Source of the DNA: Blastocatellia bacterium
GTDB lineage: Bacteria; Acidobacteriota; Blastocatellia; UBA7656
Assembly (NCBI GenBank): GCA_035607285.1
Contig: DATNBZ010000164.1
Coordinates: 28,142-92,141 of the forward strand
Length of the DNA: 64,000 bases
Direction of reading: 5' to 3'
Below, piece by piece: positions 18,638 to 31,539 of the stretch (position 1 is its first letter; every line of letters begins with the position of its first letter). The notes beneath the pieces were generated by a model. The model was not told the origin of the DNA. It ran no database searches and saw only the letters and a list, made by a program, of their open reading frames with translations. A program made the position numbers and the translations under genes.

Positions 18638-21600
18638 TTAGTTCTTCGAGAATGACTTGGCGACTTCCGCTGCGCGCTTCTCGATCGTTGTTTCCGGAGA
18701 TGTCAGTTGACGGTGGTACTGCAACCAGTCGCACGCTTCGCGTAGAAAGGTCTCGAGGCCGATGTGACGCAGCGACAGGGTCCCTGCCGAGTCGCCGCTG
18801 ACAAACGTCTTTCCATCGGGGCTAAAGGCGACCGATGTGATCCCGTCATTCCCTTTGAATGGATGTCCGATGGGTTTGCCATGCCGATCCCATAGCCGGA
18901 CCGTGCCATCCTCGGCGCCGCTGACGATCGTCTCGCCATCACTGCTAAAAGCGAGACAGCTTACGTTCTGTTCGTGTCCCTTAAATACGCGAATGGTCGC
19001 GCCCAGCCCATTCCAGAGGCGCATCATCCCGCTCTCACTGCCACTTGCAATGGTCTGTCCGTCGGGGCTCACGGCTACAGCTTCACCCTTTCCAGATGAA
19101 AAGGAGGCGCCCAATGGTGGAAAAACAGGTGAACCCTGCAGATTCCACCGCAGGACTTTCCCATCAGAACCGCCGCTAACGATCGTTTGCCCATTGAAGC
19201 TCACGGCGACGGACACGACGGGCCCGTCATGACCTCTCTCGGGTTGTCCGATGGGTCTGCCTTCCTGATCCCAGAGACGCACGGTCCCCTTCGCATCGCC
19301 GCTGACTATCATTTTCCCGTCGCCGCTTACGGCAATAGATGTTACTGGGGCGGTGTGATCACCACCGAAGGGCTGATCCCTGATCGCGTCTTGCTGATTC
19401 CGCAGCAGGAGCTTCCCATCGGCGCGCCCTATTACAAGGAGTTTGCCATCGGGTCCTAAAGCAGCAGTAGTCACTGTCGCATCCGTGACCTGCGCATCAG
19501 ACGAGCCGTTCGGAGCATTCCGGATTGGCGCTCCATCCCGATCCCACCGCAGTATTCGCCCGTCTGGGCCGGCCGTGACAATCGTCTGGCCATCGCCGCT
19601 AAAGAGCGCCGCCACGACCGGCCCAGCATTACCCTTGGAAGGCTCACTCTGTGTACGCTGCTCCCACAACCGCACCACGCCTCCGTCGCCGGTGCTGACA
19701 AAGGTCTTACCGTCGGCGCTCACGGCGACAGAATTGACGTTTCCCTCATGTCCTTCTAAGGGCCGCCCAATGGGTTTGCCCTGCCGATCCCAAACGCGCA
19801 CTGTCCCATCGGCGCCGCCGCTGACGATCGTTTGGCCTTCGGAGCTGACGGCGACAGTGTTGACTCTTCCACCGTGTCCCCTCAAGGGTTTCTCGGTAAT
19901 GGGCCTGCCCTGTCCGTCCCACAGGCGTACTGTCCCGTCATAACTGCCGCTGACAATCGTCTGTCCATTGGCGCTGATCGCGACACAACCCACTTCTGCG
20001 TCGTGCTTCTCAATCGTCTTCAATATGAGTTCGCCTTTTCGATTCCAGAGCCGCACTCTACCGTCAGCGCCGCCGCTGACTATGATCAGCCCATCGCGGC
20101 TCAAGGCGATGGTAGGGAGTTGCGTCGCCTCGACGCCAATCCATCTCTTGATCAACTTGCCGTTAGGTTCCGTGAGCCGAAGAGCGGAACCGTCGTAACT
20201 TAGAACGGTTTGACCATCGGAGCTCACGGCGACCGACGAGAACTTTCCCTCCGCAGCCAACTGGCCTGGGGCGCCGCCGCGCCGATCCCAAATTCGAACG
20301 CCGTCAGAGCCCACACTGACAATGGTCTGCCCATCAGGGGTCAAGGCAACAGACCTGACTCTGCCGCCATGGCCTTCCAAAGGTTCACCCTTCGGATTAC
20401 CGTGTCCATCCCAAACCCGGACCTTCTTGTCCCAGCCGCCGGTGACAATCGTCTGCCCGTCATCGCTCATCGCGACGGAAGTAACGATCTCTCCCTCATG
20501 TGCGAGCCAGGCATCGCGTTCTATGCTGCCCTCTCGAAGGAGTTGTAAGGCTTCAATAAAGCTGGACCGGATCTCGAGAGGGATGTCACCTGATGAGAAT
20601 TGCATTGCATCCGAGCTGCTTACAATGGCCGCAATCAGCCCTTCGGCAGGCTTGGTGGAAAGCAGATTCTTCGCTCCTACCGCGAGAGCGATGCTCGCTT
20701 GTTTCTGTGCGTCTCTCTTCGCCACCAATGCCCACACGAGAAGCCCTGCCAGAACCGCGAACACGAAAAGCGTAATCCCGGACCGCGTCAAACGCCTGCG
20801 CAAACGCGCGGCCCTGCTGTTCTTCAAAAAACCCATCGCGCCCATGAATTCGGGATGGTAGCGCCGCGCCCACACCTCGTTGGGCTGGTTGTGTTCCTGC
20901 CACTTCAACGCCACCTGCAAGTCCGGATCTTGCCAGAGCCCCGCCTGGCCTTCTGCATGCAGAACCGAGGTCTCCGCCAGGCGACTGTAAGTCTGCGCCG
21001 ACTCGGCTTCCTGATCCGCCCAGGTCTTCAATCGCTCCCACACGCGCATCAGGCTTTCGTGTGAGATGTCAATCACCGTCTCTGCCTGAAGCGCGTCCTC
21101 GGCTGGGGGCATCAAGAAGGAACGGCTCGGCTTGCGAAACACATCGATCACCTCCGTGACCTCAGCCAGCGTCGCATCCGCGAGGGCGCACAATGTGCCG
21201 AGAGTAGTGGGGCGCCGGACGCCCCGCGGGTCTGTCGCTTTGTCGGTCAGCGCCTTAAACAGCTTCTCGCAGATCTGACGCTGTCGCTCGGTCGTCAGTT
21301 CGGCATAAGCCTTCTCCGCATGCTGATTCAGCGCGTGGGCCATGGTGCCGATGGCCTCATACTGTGTCAGGGCCAGAACCCCGTCGCCTCGCCCCTCGCT
21401 TTGCCACCGCGCCCAGGTGCGATTCAATGCGTGCTGCAGAATCGATAGTTGGTCGGGGTTGTCGCCGACGTCGTTGACCAGACGAGTCAACAACACTGGA
21501 GAGATCTCGGCTCCTTCCACTCCAACAGGCCCACTGATGGCCGCGCGGCGTTCATCTCGAGTCATTCGGGGCACGAGGTATTGCCCCGCATTGATGGCCT

Positions 21601-22252
21601 CGGCCAAGCCGCGAAGCTGGGCGCAGTCGCCCAGAAAATCCGATCGCATGGTCAGGACGATGTAGATCGGGTATGACGTCTGCTCCTTTGCTTCCAGCAG
21701 CAGATTCACAAAAGCGGCGGCCTCTTCAGTAACGCCGTAGGAGTTCTCTTGCTGGCCTGCGCCCAATCGCCGGTAACGAAACAGCTCTTCAAACTGGTCC
21801 ACCACCACCAGCAGATTGACGTCCTTGTCCAACTGCGCTTGTTCGTAAATATCGATGAGTCCCAGGTTGCTCATCCGCAACGTGGTGTCGACGATTTCGG
21901 CGAGCGTCAAGCCCCCGGCTTGATAGTCGCGGAACAATACGCCGTCCTCGGCCAAAGCACGGGCCATCGCCCGCATTGGATCGCTGCCGGGGCGGAACTG
22001 GGCCATCCGCCACGCGGTGCCGGCGCTGGCCATCAATCCTCCGTGCAAGGCCGGCCGCAGCCCGCAGTTGACCAGGGAGCTTTTGCCGCTGCCCGACGTG
22101 CCGACCACCGCCAGGAAACGAGTGGCCGCCAGCTTATCGACCATCGCGTCGACCTGGTTCTCCCGGCCAAAGAATAAGTACTCCTCATCTTCTCGGAACG
22201 GCCTCAGCCCCGGAAACGGGTTCTTCGTAATTGCCATTGCAGCGGTGCTCAT
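18638..22252 (-). CDS. STAND-class P-loop NTPase (NACHT/AAA-like) with an array of more than 14 C-terminal WD40 repeats.
   Basis: N-terminus NPFPGLRPFREDEEYLFFGRE. Walker A AVVGTSGSGKSS and Walker B LLVVVDQFEELF. One TM-like segment is followed by repeated GHxxxVxSVAxSxDGQTIVSGGxDGTVRLWD WD40 units. The ATG (MSTAAM) overlaps the upstream TIR gene stop in an ATGA arrangement. Confidence 0.85.
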   Translation of the reverse strand: MSTAAMAITKNPFPGLRPFREDEEYLFFGRENQVDAMVDKLAATRFLAVVGTSGSGKSSLVNCGLRPALHGGLMASAGTAWRMAQFRPGSDPMRAMARALAEDGVLFRDYQAGGLTLAEIVDTTLRMSNLGLIDIYEQAQLDKDVNLLVVVDQFEELFRYRRLGAGQQENSYGVTEEAAAFVNLLLEAKEQTSYPIYIVLTMRSDFLGDCAQLRGLAEAINAGQYLVPRMTRDERRAAISGPVGVEGAEISPVLLTRLVNDVGDNPDQLSILQHALNRTWARWQSEGRGDGVLALTQYEAIGTMAHALNQHAEKAYAELTTERQRQICEKLFKALTDKATDPRGVRRPTTLGTLCALADATLAEVTEVIDVFRKPSRSFLMPPAEDALQAETVIDISHESLMRVWERLKTWADQEAESAQTYSRLAETSVLHAEGQAGLWQDPDLQVALKWQEHNQPNEVWARRYHPEFMGAMGFLKNSRAARLRRRLTRSGITLFVFAVLAGLLVWALVAKRDAQKQASIALAVGAKNLLSTKPAEGLIAAIVSSSDAMQFSSGDIPLEIRSSFIEALQLLREGSIERDAWLAHEGEIVTSVAMSDDGQTIVTGGWDKKVRVWDGHGNPKGEPLEGHGGRVRSVALTPDGQTIVSVGSDGVRIWDRRGGAPGQLAAEGKFSSVAVSSDGQTVLSYDGSALRLTEPNGKLIKRWIGVEATQLPTIALSRDGLIIVSGGADGRVRLWNRKGELILKTIEKHDAEVGCVAISANGQTIVSGSYDGTVRLWDGQGRPITEKPLRGHGGRVNTVAVSSEGQTIVSGGADGTVRVWDRQGKPIGRPLEGHEGNVNSVAVSADGKTFVSTGDGGVVRLWEQRTQSEPSKGNAGPVVAALFSGDGQTIVTAGPDGRILRWDRDGAPIRNAPNGSSDAQVTDATVTTAALGPDGKLLVIGRADGKLLLRNQQDAIRDQPFGGDHTAPVTSIAVSGDGKMIVSGDAKGTVRLWDQEGRPIGQPERGHDGPVVSVAVSFNGQTIVSGGSDGKVLRWNLQGSPVFPPLGASFSSGKGEAVAVSPDGQTIASGSESGMMRLWNGLGATIRVFKGHEQNVSCLAFSSDGETIVSGAEDGTVRLWDRHGKPIGHPFKGNDGITSVAFSPDGKTFVSGDSAGTLSLRHIGLETFLREACDWLQYHRQLTSPETTIEKRAAEVAKSFSKN

Positions 22253-23778
22253 CCTCTCGCTCCACACAAGGTCATGGCCTTCACAAATGCCGCCATCCGC
22301 GCCTCCGAAAAGTCTCCCAAGCCATTAATCAAGTTTGGTTCTTCCATATCGATCAGGTCTTCTTTGTCAGTTGTCGTGGGATCGGCCACGTACGTATAGC
22401 TGGCCAACAGGGGCTTCCCGCCGCGGTAGCCCGGCATCTTTTTAAGGTCATTGTCCATCGTGCGCTTCCATGCTTCATCGCCCGCGCCGTAAAAGAGAAT
22501 CACGGCGTCGGCGTTGGTCAGGTTCTGCTGGTGGGCCTCGCGCACCACGGCGGCGTCGCCCTCAAAGGCCGGGATGGCGACTTCGAAGCCCTGGCCCCGG
22601 CAAAACTTGCGTAGCGGAACCGTCGCTTTGCGATCCTTCTCATTGCAGATCAGGTAGATCAGCCTGGCGCTCTTCGCGGCGGAGGCTTGCTCGGCAGGCA
22701 ACTGAGGCTCAGGCCTTTCCAGTTTCTTTAGCGTAGCGTGGATCGAGGCTTTCAGATTCTCGAGGTCCCCCGTGATCAAGTCCGCTCCGACCTGGGCCTC
22801 GGCATTCTGGTGAAGCGCGTCGATAAACGCCTGCTGCTGCGCTTGCTGGGATCGCGTTCCGTCGGGCGCCCAGATCACGCGTTTCAATGGGTCGCTCTTG
22901 GCGTCGCTCTTGGCGTCGCTCTTGCTCAGCTTCGCCGCAAGCTCATTTTGCAGCACCACTACCGATTTTTGGCTCGGGCCATCGGGCACGGCGCCATAGC
23001 TGTCGCCGACCAGATGGATGGAAAGCTTGCAACGTTCGAGCAAGCGTTCGACCGCCGCCACATAGTCAGCTTCGTCGCGCGGCAACTGTTGATCCGGCAA
23101 AACGGTATAGCCGTGCCGTCGTAACTCGCCTTCCAGAATCTCCCTGGCCTGCTTCCGGTCATAACTGCATTCAGCCAAATAGACACCCGGTTTGGCCGCG
23201 GCTTGTAAGTCCTGACCGCTGTCGCCGTCGTCGGTCTCCAGCCTCTTTAGCAGTTGTGAGATATCCCACGCTAGTTTTCCGATCTTCCGGTTATAGTCCT
23301 GGGCGAACGTCTCTCCGTAAGCCGAATCAAGTTCCAGCGGCGCCCCGTCTTCGAACGCGAAAAACTCATAACCCAGGACGTTTTTCATCACAGTTGGCAG
23401 CGACTCCTGCGTGTCCACCGGCGCTTTCAGCACCTTGAAGACTCTGGCTTTGTTATCGACCACAATCCCGCCGTTCCGTTCCGCGCTCTTGCAGAATTCA
23501 GATACTTCCTTGTTGCACCAGACGGAATTGAGATAGCGAGGAGTCAGCACCGAAACGAGTACAGCGGTATGCTCGAATTGTTCGACGATTTCGTCGGCAA
23601 AGACATCGTTCCCTTGGAGTTTATTGTCTCTCCAAATTCGGACCTTGCCTCCCCTGCGCATGCTCAGGATCGCCTCCAGCGACATATGAAAGCGAGTGAT
23701 CCACCCCTTTTGTTCGGGCGTTAACGGCAGGTTGTCGATATGAGCGTAGCTGATGAATATGTCTTCTTTATACCTCAT
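22249..23778 (-). CDS. Multi-domain TIR protein: an N-terminal TIR with an intact SxWCxxE catalytic-type motif plus one to two further TIR-like/flavodoxin-like domains, separated by a short SKSDAK repeat.
   Basis: DIFISYAHIDN...RIWRDN...VLVSVLTPRYLNSVWCNKEVSEF (TIR). A second block is VYLAECSYDRKQAREIL...SIHLVGDSYG. A third is LIYLICNEKDRKATVPLRKF...AVILFYGAGDEAWKR. An RBS gggagg precedes the ATG. Confidence 0.75.
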   Translation of the reverse strand: MRYKEDIFISYAHIDNLPLTPEQKGWITRFHMSLEAILSMRRGGKVRIWRDNKLQGNDVFADEIVEQFEHTAVLVSVLTPRYLNSVWCNKEVSEFCKSAERNGGIVVDNKARVFKVLKAPVDTQESLPTVMKNVLGYEFFAFEDGAPLELDSAYGETFAQDYNRKIGKLAWDISQLLKRLETDDGDSGQDLQAAAKPGVYLAECSYDRKQAREILEGELRRHGYTVLPDQQLPRDEADYVAAVERLLERCKLSIHLVGDSYGAVPDGPSQKSVVVLQNELAAKLSKSDAKSDAKSDPLKRVIWAPDGTRSQQAQQQAFIDALHQNAEAQVGADLITGDLENLKASIHATLKKLERPEPQLPAEQASAAKSARLIYLICNEKDRKATVPLRKFCRGQGFEVAIPAFEGDAAVVREAHQQNLTNADAVILFYGAGDEAWKRTMDNDLKKMPGYRGGKPLLASYTYVADPTTTDKEDLIDMEEPNLINGLGDFSEARMAAFVKAMTLCGARG

Positions 23779-23945
23779 ATAAGCCTCCCACTGGCTTGAA
23801 CGAACCGGGGTCCTGAATGGAGCGGCTTTGATTTTACCTGAGCGCCAAGTCCGATTCGAAGTTGAGATGATTCTATCGTTATTCGATTAGATTGCAAGGG
23901 GAGCTAGATTGCAAGAAAGCGCAGTCCGCTGATAATGCGGCCGGC

Positions 23946-24060
23946 TGAACAGTCATGTAGGGGCGGCCCTCCGTGGCCGCCCCTCTTGTCGATTATCCAA
24001 GGCGTGCGCAGAACGAAAAGAGGGGCGGCCACGGAGGGCCGCCCCTACATGAACTGTTCA
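23946..24060. repeat. Family-B palindromic repeat element, copy B1, between the TIR-operon promoter and the gyrB 3' end.
   Basis: tgaacagtcatgtaggggcggccctccgtggccgcccctc ... gaggggcggccacggagggccgcccctacatgaactgttca are near-perfect arms. Confidence 0.85.
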
Positions 24061-24071
24061 ACAGAGAAGAA

Positions 24072-27700
<3,629 letters not shown>

Positions 27701-27785
27701 TTTCAGATCTTAACATTCGAACGCAGGAACATGTCAGTCAGGTAGTGGGGTAATAGTGTGTTGCTCGCTCACATTCGCGTTTCTC

Positions 27786-27868
27786 CTCTGCGTCCTCGGC
27801 GTCCTCTGCGGTTGATTCCGAGCCACTGAGCAGGAAAAACCGCGGAGGACGCCGTGGACGCAGAGGAC
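27786..27868. repeat. GC-rich imperfect palindrome upstream of recF.
   Basis: ctctgcgtcctcggcgtcctctgcgg ... ccgcggaggacgccgtggacgcagagg. Confidence 0.5.
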
Positions 27869-28006
27869 TGCTTGCTGGCAACACGCCAATATCTCACTAC
27901 CGTCAGTCAAGGGCGTCGCGCTCAAAATCCGGGCGTTTGTTTGACAATAAATCATCGCTGATATAGTTTTGGTCCGCCTCAGGAGAATGCCTGAGCGAGC
28001 AGGATC

Positions 28007-28258
28007 GTGGAGCAGCAAATCAGAATAGAAATCAAAGGCAAAGACGAGTTCTGGGAGCGGGCTTTTCACGTGGAGTGGGAACACCAGTTTCCCGATCGAG
28101 CCTTGACGGCGAGTGGCGGTGGACAGTTCATCGCCGGCGGCGAATGGTTCGACGATATGGAACGCGTGGCCGCCCAGACTTTTTGCAGAATCGTGCGCGC
28201 CCCTGAGAATCCGCAACGAAGACGATGGATGAATTCACTCATTCCCCGGCGTAGTTGA
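28007..28258 (+). CDS. Small hypothetical protein (83 aa, GTG start).
   Basis: The ORF has protein-like composition (EFWERAFHVEWEHQFPDRALTASGGGQFIAGGEWFDDMERV). There is no family call and the RBS is weak. Confidence 0.3.
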   Translation: MEQQIRIEIKGKDEFWERAFHVEWEHQFPDRALTASGGGQFIAGGEWFDDMERVAAQTFCRIVRAPENPQRRRWMNSLIPRRS

Positions 28259-28302
28259 CGAATTGACTGATTCCTATGAATTGAGACTGTAGTGGAGACT
28301 CG

Positions 28303-28920
28303 ATGATGGCAAACGAAAAAGACCAGTTTACGCGTCGCGAAGCGATCAAGACAATTGGCGCCGGAGTCGGCGTGATAGCCACCTTGCCGGTGCTTGCGGG
28401 CCCGGCTCGCGCTCAGGAGATGGCTGCGCACGCGCATTCGCATAACAGCGGTCAGGCTACAGCTCCCGCGAAAGCCCAGCCTCTGAAGTTCTTCACCGAA
28501 GAAGAAAACAAAACGGTGATCGAGATGTCTGAGCGCATCATTCCCGCCGACGAGAACTCGCCGGGCGCAAAGGCCGCGGGTGTAAGCGGGTACATAGATC
28601 TGATCGTCAGCGAGTCTCCCGAAGTCACCAGGCAGACCTGGCGCGAGGGTCTTGCCGCAATCAACAAGATGAGCCGCGACAAGTTCGGGAAATCCTTCGC
28701 CGACTCGACGGTGGATCAACAGGTCGACCTTCTGAAAGAGATCAGCAAGAACGAGCGCTCACCGCAGACTGTCGAGGAGAGGTTCTTCCGAACCATCAAG
28801 TACGCGACGGCGGACGGTTACTACACCTCCGAGATCGGTATTCACAAGGAGCTTCACTACAAGGGCAACTCGTACTTGAAAGAGTTCAACGGCTGCACAC
28901 ATCCCGAGCATCAGCAGTAA
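28303..28920 (+). CDS. Gluconate 2-dehydrogenase subunit 3 family protein (Tat-secreted), orphan with no adjacent GMC oxidoreductase.
   Basis: Twin-arginine signal TRREAIKTIGAGVGV. The FFTEEENKTVIEMSERIIPADENSPGAKAAGVSGYID motif is typical of the family. Confidence 0.75.
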   Translation: MMANEKDQFTRREAIKTIGAGVGVIATLPVLAGPARAQEMAAHAHSHNSGQATAPAKAQPLKFFTEEENKTVIEMSERIIPADENSPGAKAAGVSGYIDLIVSESPEVTRQTWREGLAAINKMSRDKFGKSFADSTVDQQVDLLKEISKNERSPQTVEERFFRTIKYATADGYYTSEIGIHKELHYKGNSYLKEFNGCTHPEHQQ

Positions 28921-28932
28921 GGTGCGCTTCGT

Positions 28933-29031
28933 GATGACCTGTACGGGCGTCCCTCCGTGGGCGCCCCTCCTCCCAAAACAAGAACCTTACGACCGAGGGG
29001 CGCCCACGGAGGGACGCCCGTACAGGTCATC
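28933..29031. repeat. Family-B palindromic repeat element, copy B2.
   Basis: gatgacctgtacgggcgtccctccgtgggcgcccctc ... gaggggcgcccacggagggacgcccgtacaggtcatc. Confidence 0.85.
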
Positions 29032-29051
29032 AAATCTCAAGGAGCTGGTTT

Positions 29052-31142
29052 ATGAAACGCGTCATCAGGTTAACCGCCGCTTCGCTGTCAGTATTTATTC
29101 TGCTGCTATCCACCGTGGCCGTCGGGTGGCAAGCTGAAGGCAAGCGCGGCGTCACTCCCGAAGATTATTTTTCATTTGAGTTCGTCAGCGATCCGCGCAT
29201 CTCGCCCGATGGCAAGCTCGTCGCTTATGTAGTGACCACCGTCGATCAAAAACAGAATCGCCGTCACTCCTCGATCTGGATGACCGCGGTTGATGGAGGC
29301 CGCGCGCCGTGGCAGTTCACAACCAGTCCGCAGAATTCCAATTCGCCGCGCTGGAGCCCTGATGGCCAGTGGCTCGCGTTCATCTCGTCGCGTCCCTCCG
29401 CGGAAGCCGCCCCGCGCGCAACAAATGAAAGCGCCGGCGATCAGAGAGCTCAGGTTTGGGTCTTATCGATGAGCGGAGGTGAAGCGCGCCGCATCACCAA
29501 TCTCAAGAACGGCGCGAGCAATTTTCAGTGGTCGCCCGATGGAAAGCGGCTTGTTTGCCTCAGCCGCACGGGTCCGAGCGACGCCCGCGCTGAGAATCGA
29601 GATCGCAGCGACGTGCGTCACTACTCTCACATATCTTACAAGTTCAATGACACCGGCTGGTTTGACGATCGCCGAACTCATATCTGGATCGTCGATGTGA
29701 AGTCGGGCGCCGGTAAACAAATCACAACGGGCGATGATTGGAATGATGCCGATCCACAATGGTCGCCCGACGGGACCCGCCTCGCTTTCGTGTCCAATCG
29801 CACCGGCAAGGAGTATGAAGAAGATCGCAACACCGACGTTTGGGTGATCGCGGCGGAAGGCGGACCACTCACCAGGATTTCGGATCACAATGAAAGCGAC
29901 AACAGCCCGCGCTGGTCTCCCGATGGAAAGACAATCGCGTTTGTCGGGAGAGTGCGCGAAGACGAGCACCCGAAGATATGGCTTGCGCCGGGTGCAGGGG
30001 GCGCGCCGTCGGTGCTCGCAGCAAGAAATCTCGATCTCATTCCAACCGATCTCGACTGGGCCGAAGACGGCCGCGCGCTTTACTTCCAAACCGGCGTCAA
30101 AGGCGAAACGCACTTGTTTCGAGTCGACGTCACATCAAAGGAAATCGCCAAGGTAACCTCAGGCGCACGCGCGGTGCGAGGCGTGGATCTCAACGACAAA
30201 ACTCGAAAGATGGTCTACACCGCAAACGACTTCAAGCATCTGGACGATCTCTATGTTGCGGATCTTTCGGGGCAAAACGAACGCAAGCTGACAAAACTGA
30301 ATGAAGCGCTGTGGCGTCAGCTCGAACTGGCGGACGTCGAGCGTGTACCTTACAAGAGCGCTGACGGTTGGGATATCGATGGCTTTCTGGTCAAGCCGAT
30401 CGGCTGGCAGGAAGGCAAGAAGTACCCGATGATCCTCAGCGTTCATGGCGGACCCGCCGGGCAGTACGGCGTCGATTGGTATCACGAGTTCCAGGTGTAT
30501 GCGGCGCGCGGATGGACGGTGTTCTTTTGCAATCCTCGAGGGTCGACCGGCTACGGTGAAAAGTTCGAGCGCGGGATCGTCGGCGAATGGGGTGGCAAAG
30601 ATTACCAGGATGTAATGAACGGAGTCGACGCGATACTGAAGAAGTATTCGTGGATCGATCGCGACCGGCTCGGTGTGACCGGCGGAAGCTACGGCGGATT
30701 CATGACTAACTGGATAATCGGCCACACTAATATGTTCAAGGCCGCGGTGACGCTTCGCAGTTTATCAAACTTCATCAGCGATGACGGCACGCGGGATGGA
30801 GCCTACGGGCACAAGCGTGATTTCGGCGGCGACATCTTTGAAAAATTCGATATGTTCTGGGACCGCTCGCCGCTCAAGTACGCGAAGAACGTGAAGACGC
30901 CGACGTTGATCCTGCATTCGGATAACGACTTTCGCGTGCCGATCGAGCAGGGCGAGCAGTGGTTCCGCGCGCTGAAGCATTTCGGCGTAACCACCGAGAT
31001 CGTCTTCTTCCCGCGCGAGAATCACAACCTCACGCGCACGGGCGAACCTAAGCACCTGGTCGAGAGTTTGAACTGGCAGATCTATTGGTTCGACCGGTTT
31101 TTGAACGGGAATGCGTCAGCGATAGCTCCTGATGCCAGGTAG
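29052..31142 (+). CDS. S9 family serine peptidase (prolyl oligopeptidase / acylaminoacyl-peptidase-like) with an N-terminal beta-propeller.
   Basis: Signal peptide. TolB-like repeats SPRWSPDG, a catalytic GGSYGGFMTNW (GxSxGG), and the downstream Asp/His regions. Confidence 0.88.
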   Translation: MKRVIRLTAASLSVFILLLSTVAVGWQAEGKRGVTPEDYFSFEFVSDPRISPDGKLVAYVVTTVDQKQNRRHSSIWMTAVDGGRAPWQFTTSPQNSNSPRWSPDGQWLAFISSRPSAEAAPRATNESAGDQRAQVWVLSMSGGEARRITNLKNGASNFQWSPDGKRLVCLSRTGPSDARAENRDRSDVRHYSHISYKFNDTGWFDDRRTHIWIVDVKSGAGKQITTGDDWNDADPQWSPDGTRLAFVSNRTGKEYEEDRNTDVWVIAAEGGPLTRISDHNESDNSPRWSPDGKTIAFVGRVREDEHPKIWLAPGAGGAPSVLAARNLDLIPTDLDWAEDGRALYFQTGVKGETHLFRVDVTSKEIAKVTSGARAVRGVDLNDKTRKMVYTANDFKHLDDLYVADLSGQNERKLTKLNEALWRQLELADVERVPYKSADGWDIDGFLVKPIGWQEGKKYPMILSVHGGPAGQYGVDWYHEFQVYAARGWTVFFCNPRGSTGYGEKFERGIVGEWGGKDYQDVMNGVDAILKKYSWIDRDRLGVTGGSYGGFMTNWIIGHTNMFKAAVTLRSLSNFISDDGTRDGAYGHKRDFGGDIFEKFDMFWDRSPLKYAKNVKTPTLILHSDNDFRVPIEQGEQWFRALKHFGVTTEIVFFPRENHNLTRTGEPKHLVESLNWQIYWFDRFLNGNASAIAPDAR

Positions 31143-31217
31143 CAGCTAATTGTCGCGCTATTGCTGCGAGGCGTATACTTTCGATTAACCAGATTAACCA
31201 CGCGATACCGAGTCCAT

Positions 31218-31436
31218 ATGACAGTCCTTCTTGAAAAAGCATTTGCCGAAGTAGCTCGGCTTAGTGACCCAGAGCAGGATGCTTTGGCCGGTTGGATCCT
31301 TGAGGAAATCGCGTCCGAACGACGATGGGACCATGCCTTCGCCGAGTCGCATGAACTGCTGCAACAGATGGCGAGTGAAGCGTGGGTCGAGCATAGCGCA
31401 GGCAAAAGCGAAGTCTTAGACCCAGAGACCTTATGA
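31218..31436 (+). CDS. Small helical protein resembling putative addiction-module (antitoxin-like) components. It is orphan, with no cognate toxin ORF.
   Basis: MTVLLEKAFAEVARLSDPEQDALAGWILEEIASERRWDHAF...DPETL. Its stop overlaps ATG of a non-protein-like ORF that itself overlaps pssA. Confidence 0.4.
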   Translation: MTVLLEKAFAEVARLSDPEQDALAGWILEEIASERRWDHAFAESHELLQQMASEAWVEHSAGKSEVLDPETL

Positions 31437-31539
31437 AGTCTCAAGACTACAAACAAGCTCATAGCACGATTGCGGCGTCGATAGGTCTGGGATCAAATCT
31501 GGTGACTCATGCGATCGCGCCTCACGCGAGGACGGCCAG

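Noticed and set aside
18837-21064. A run of plus-strand ORFs (18837-19232, 19443-19943, 20322-20861, 20600-21064) with repetitive Pro/Ser-rich translations.
   Set aside because: They are the antisense shadow of the WD40 repeat array of the STAND gene. The periodic repetition reflects the WD40 DNA repeats read on the wrong strand.
27734-28216. 160-aa minus-strand ORF upstream of recF.
   Set aside because: It overlaps the palindrome and the more plausible plus-strand small ORF. Its composition is Arg/His-rich and it has no RBS. It is probably spurious.
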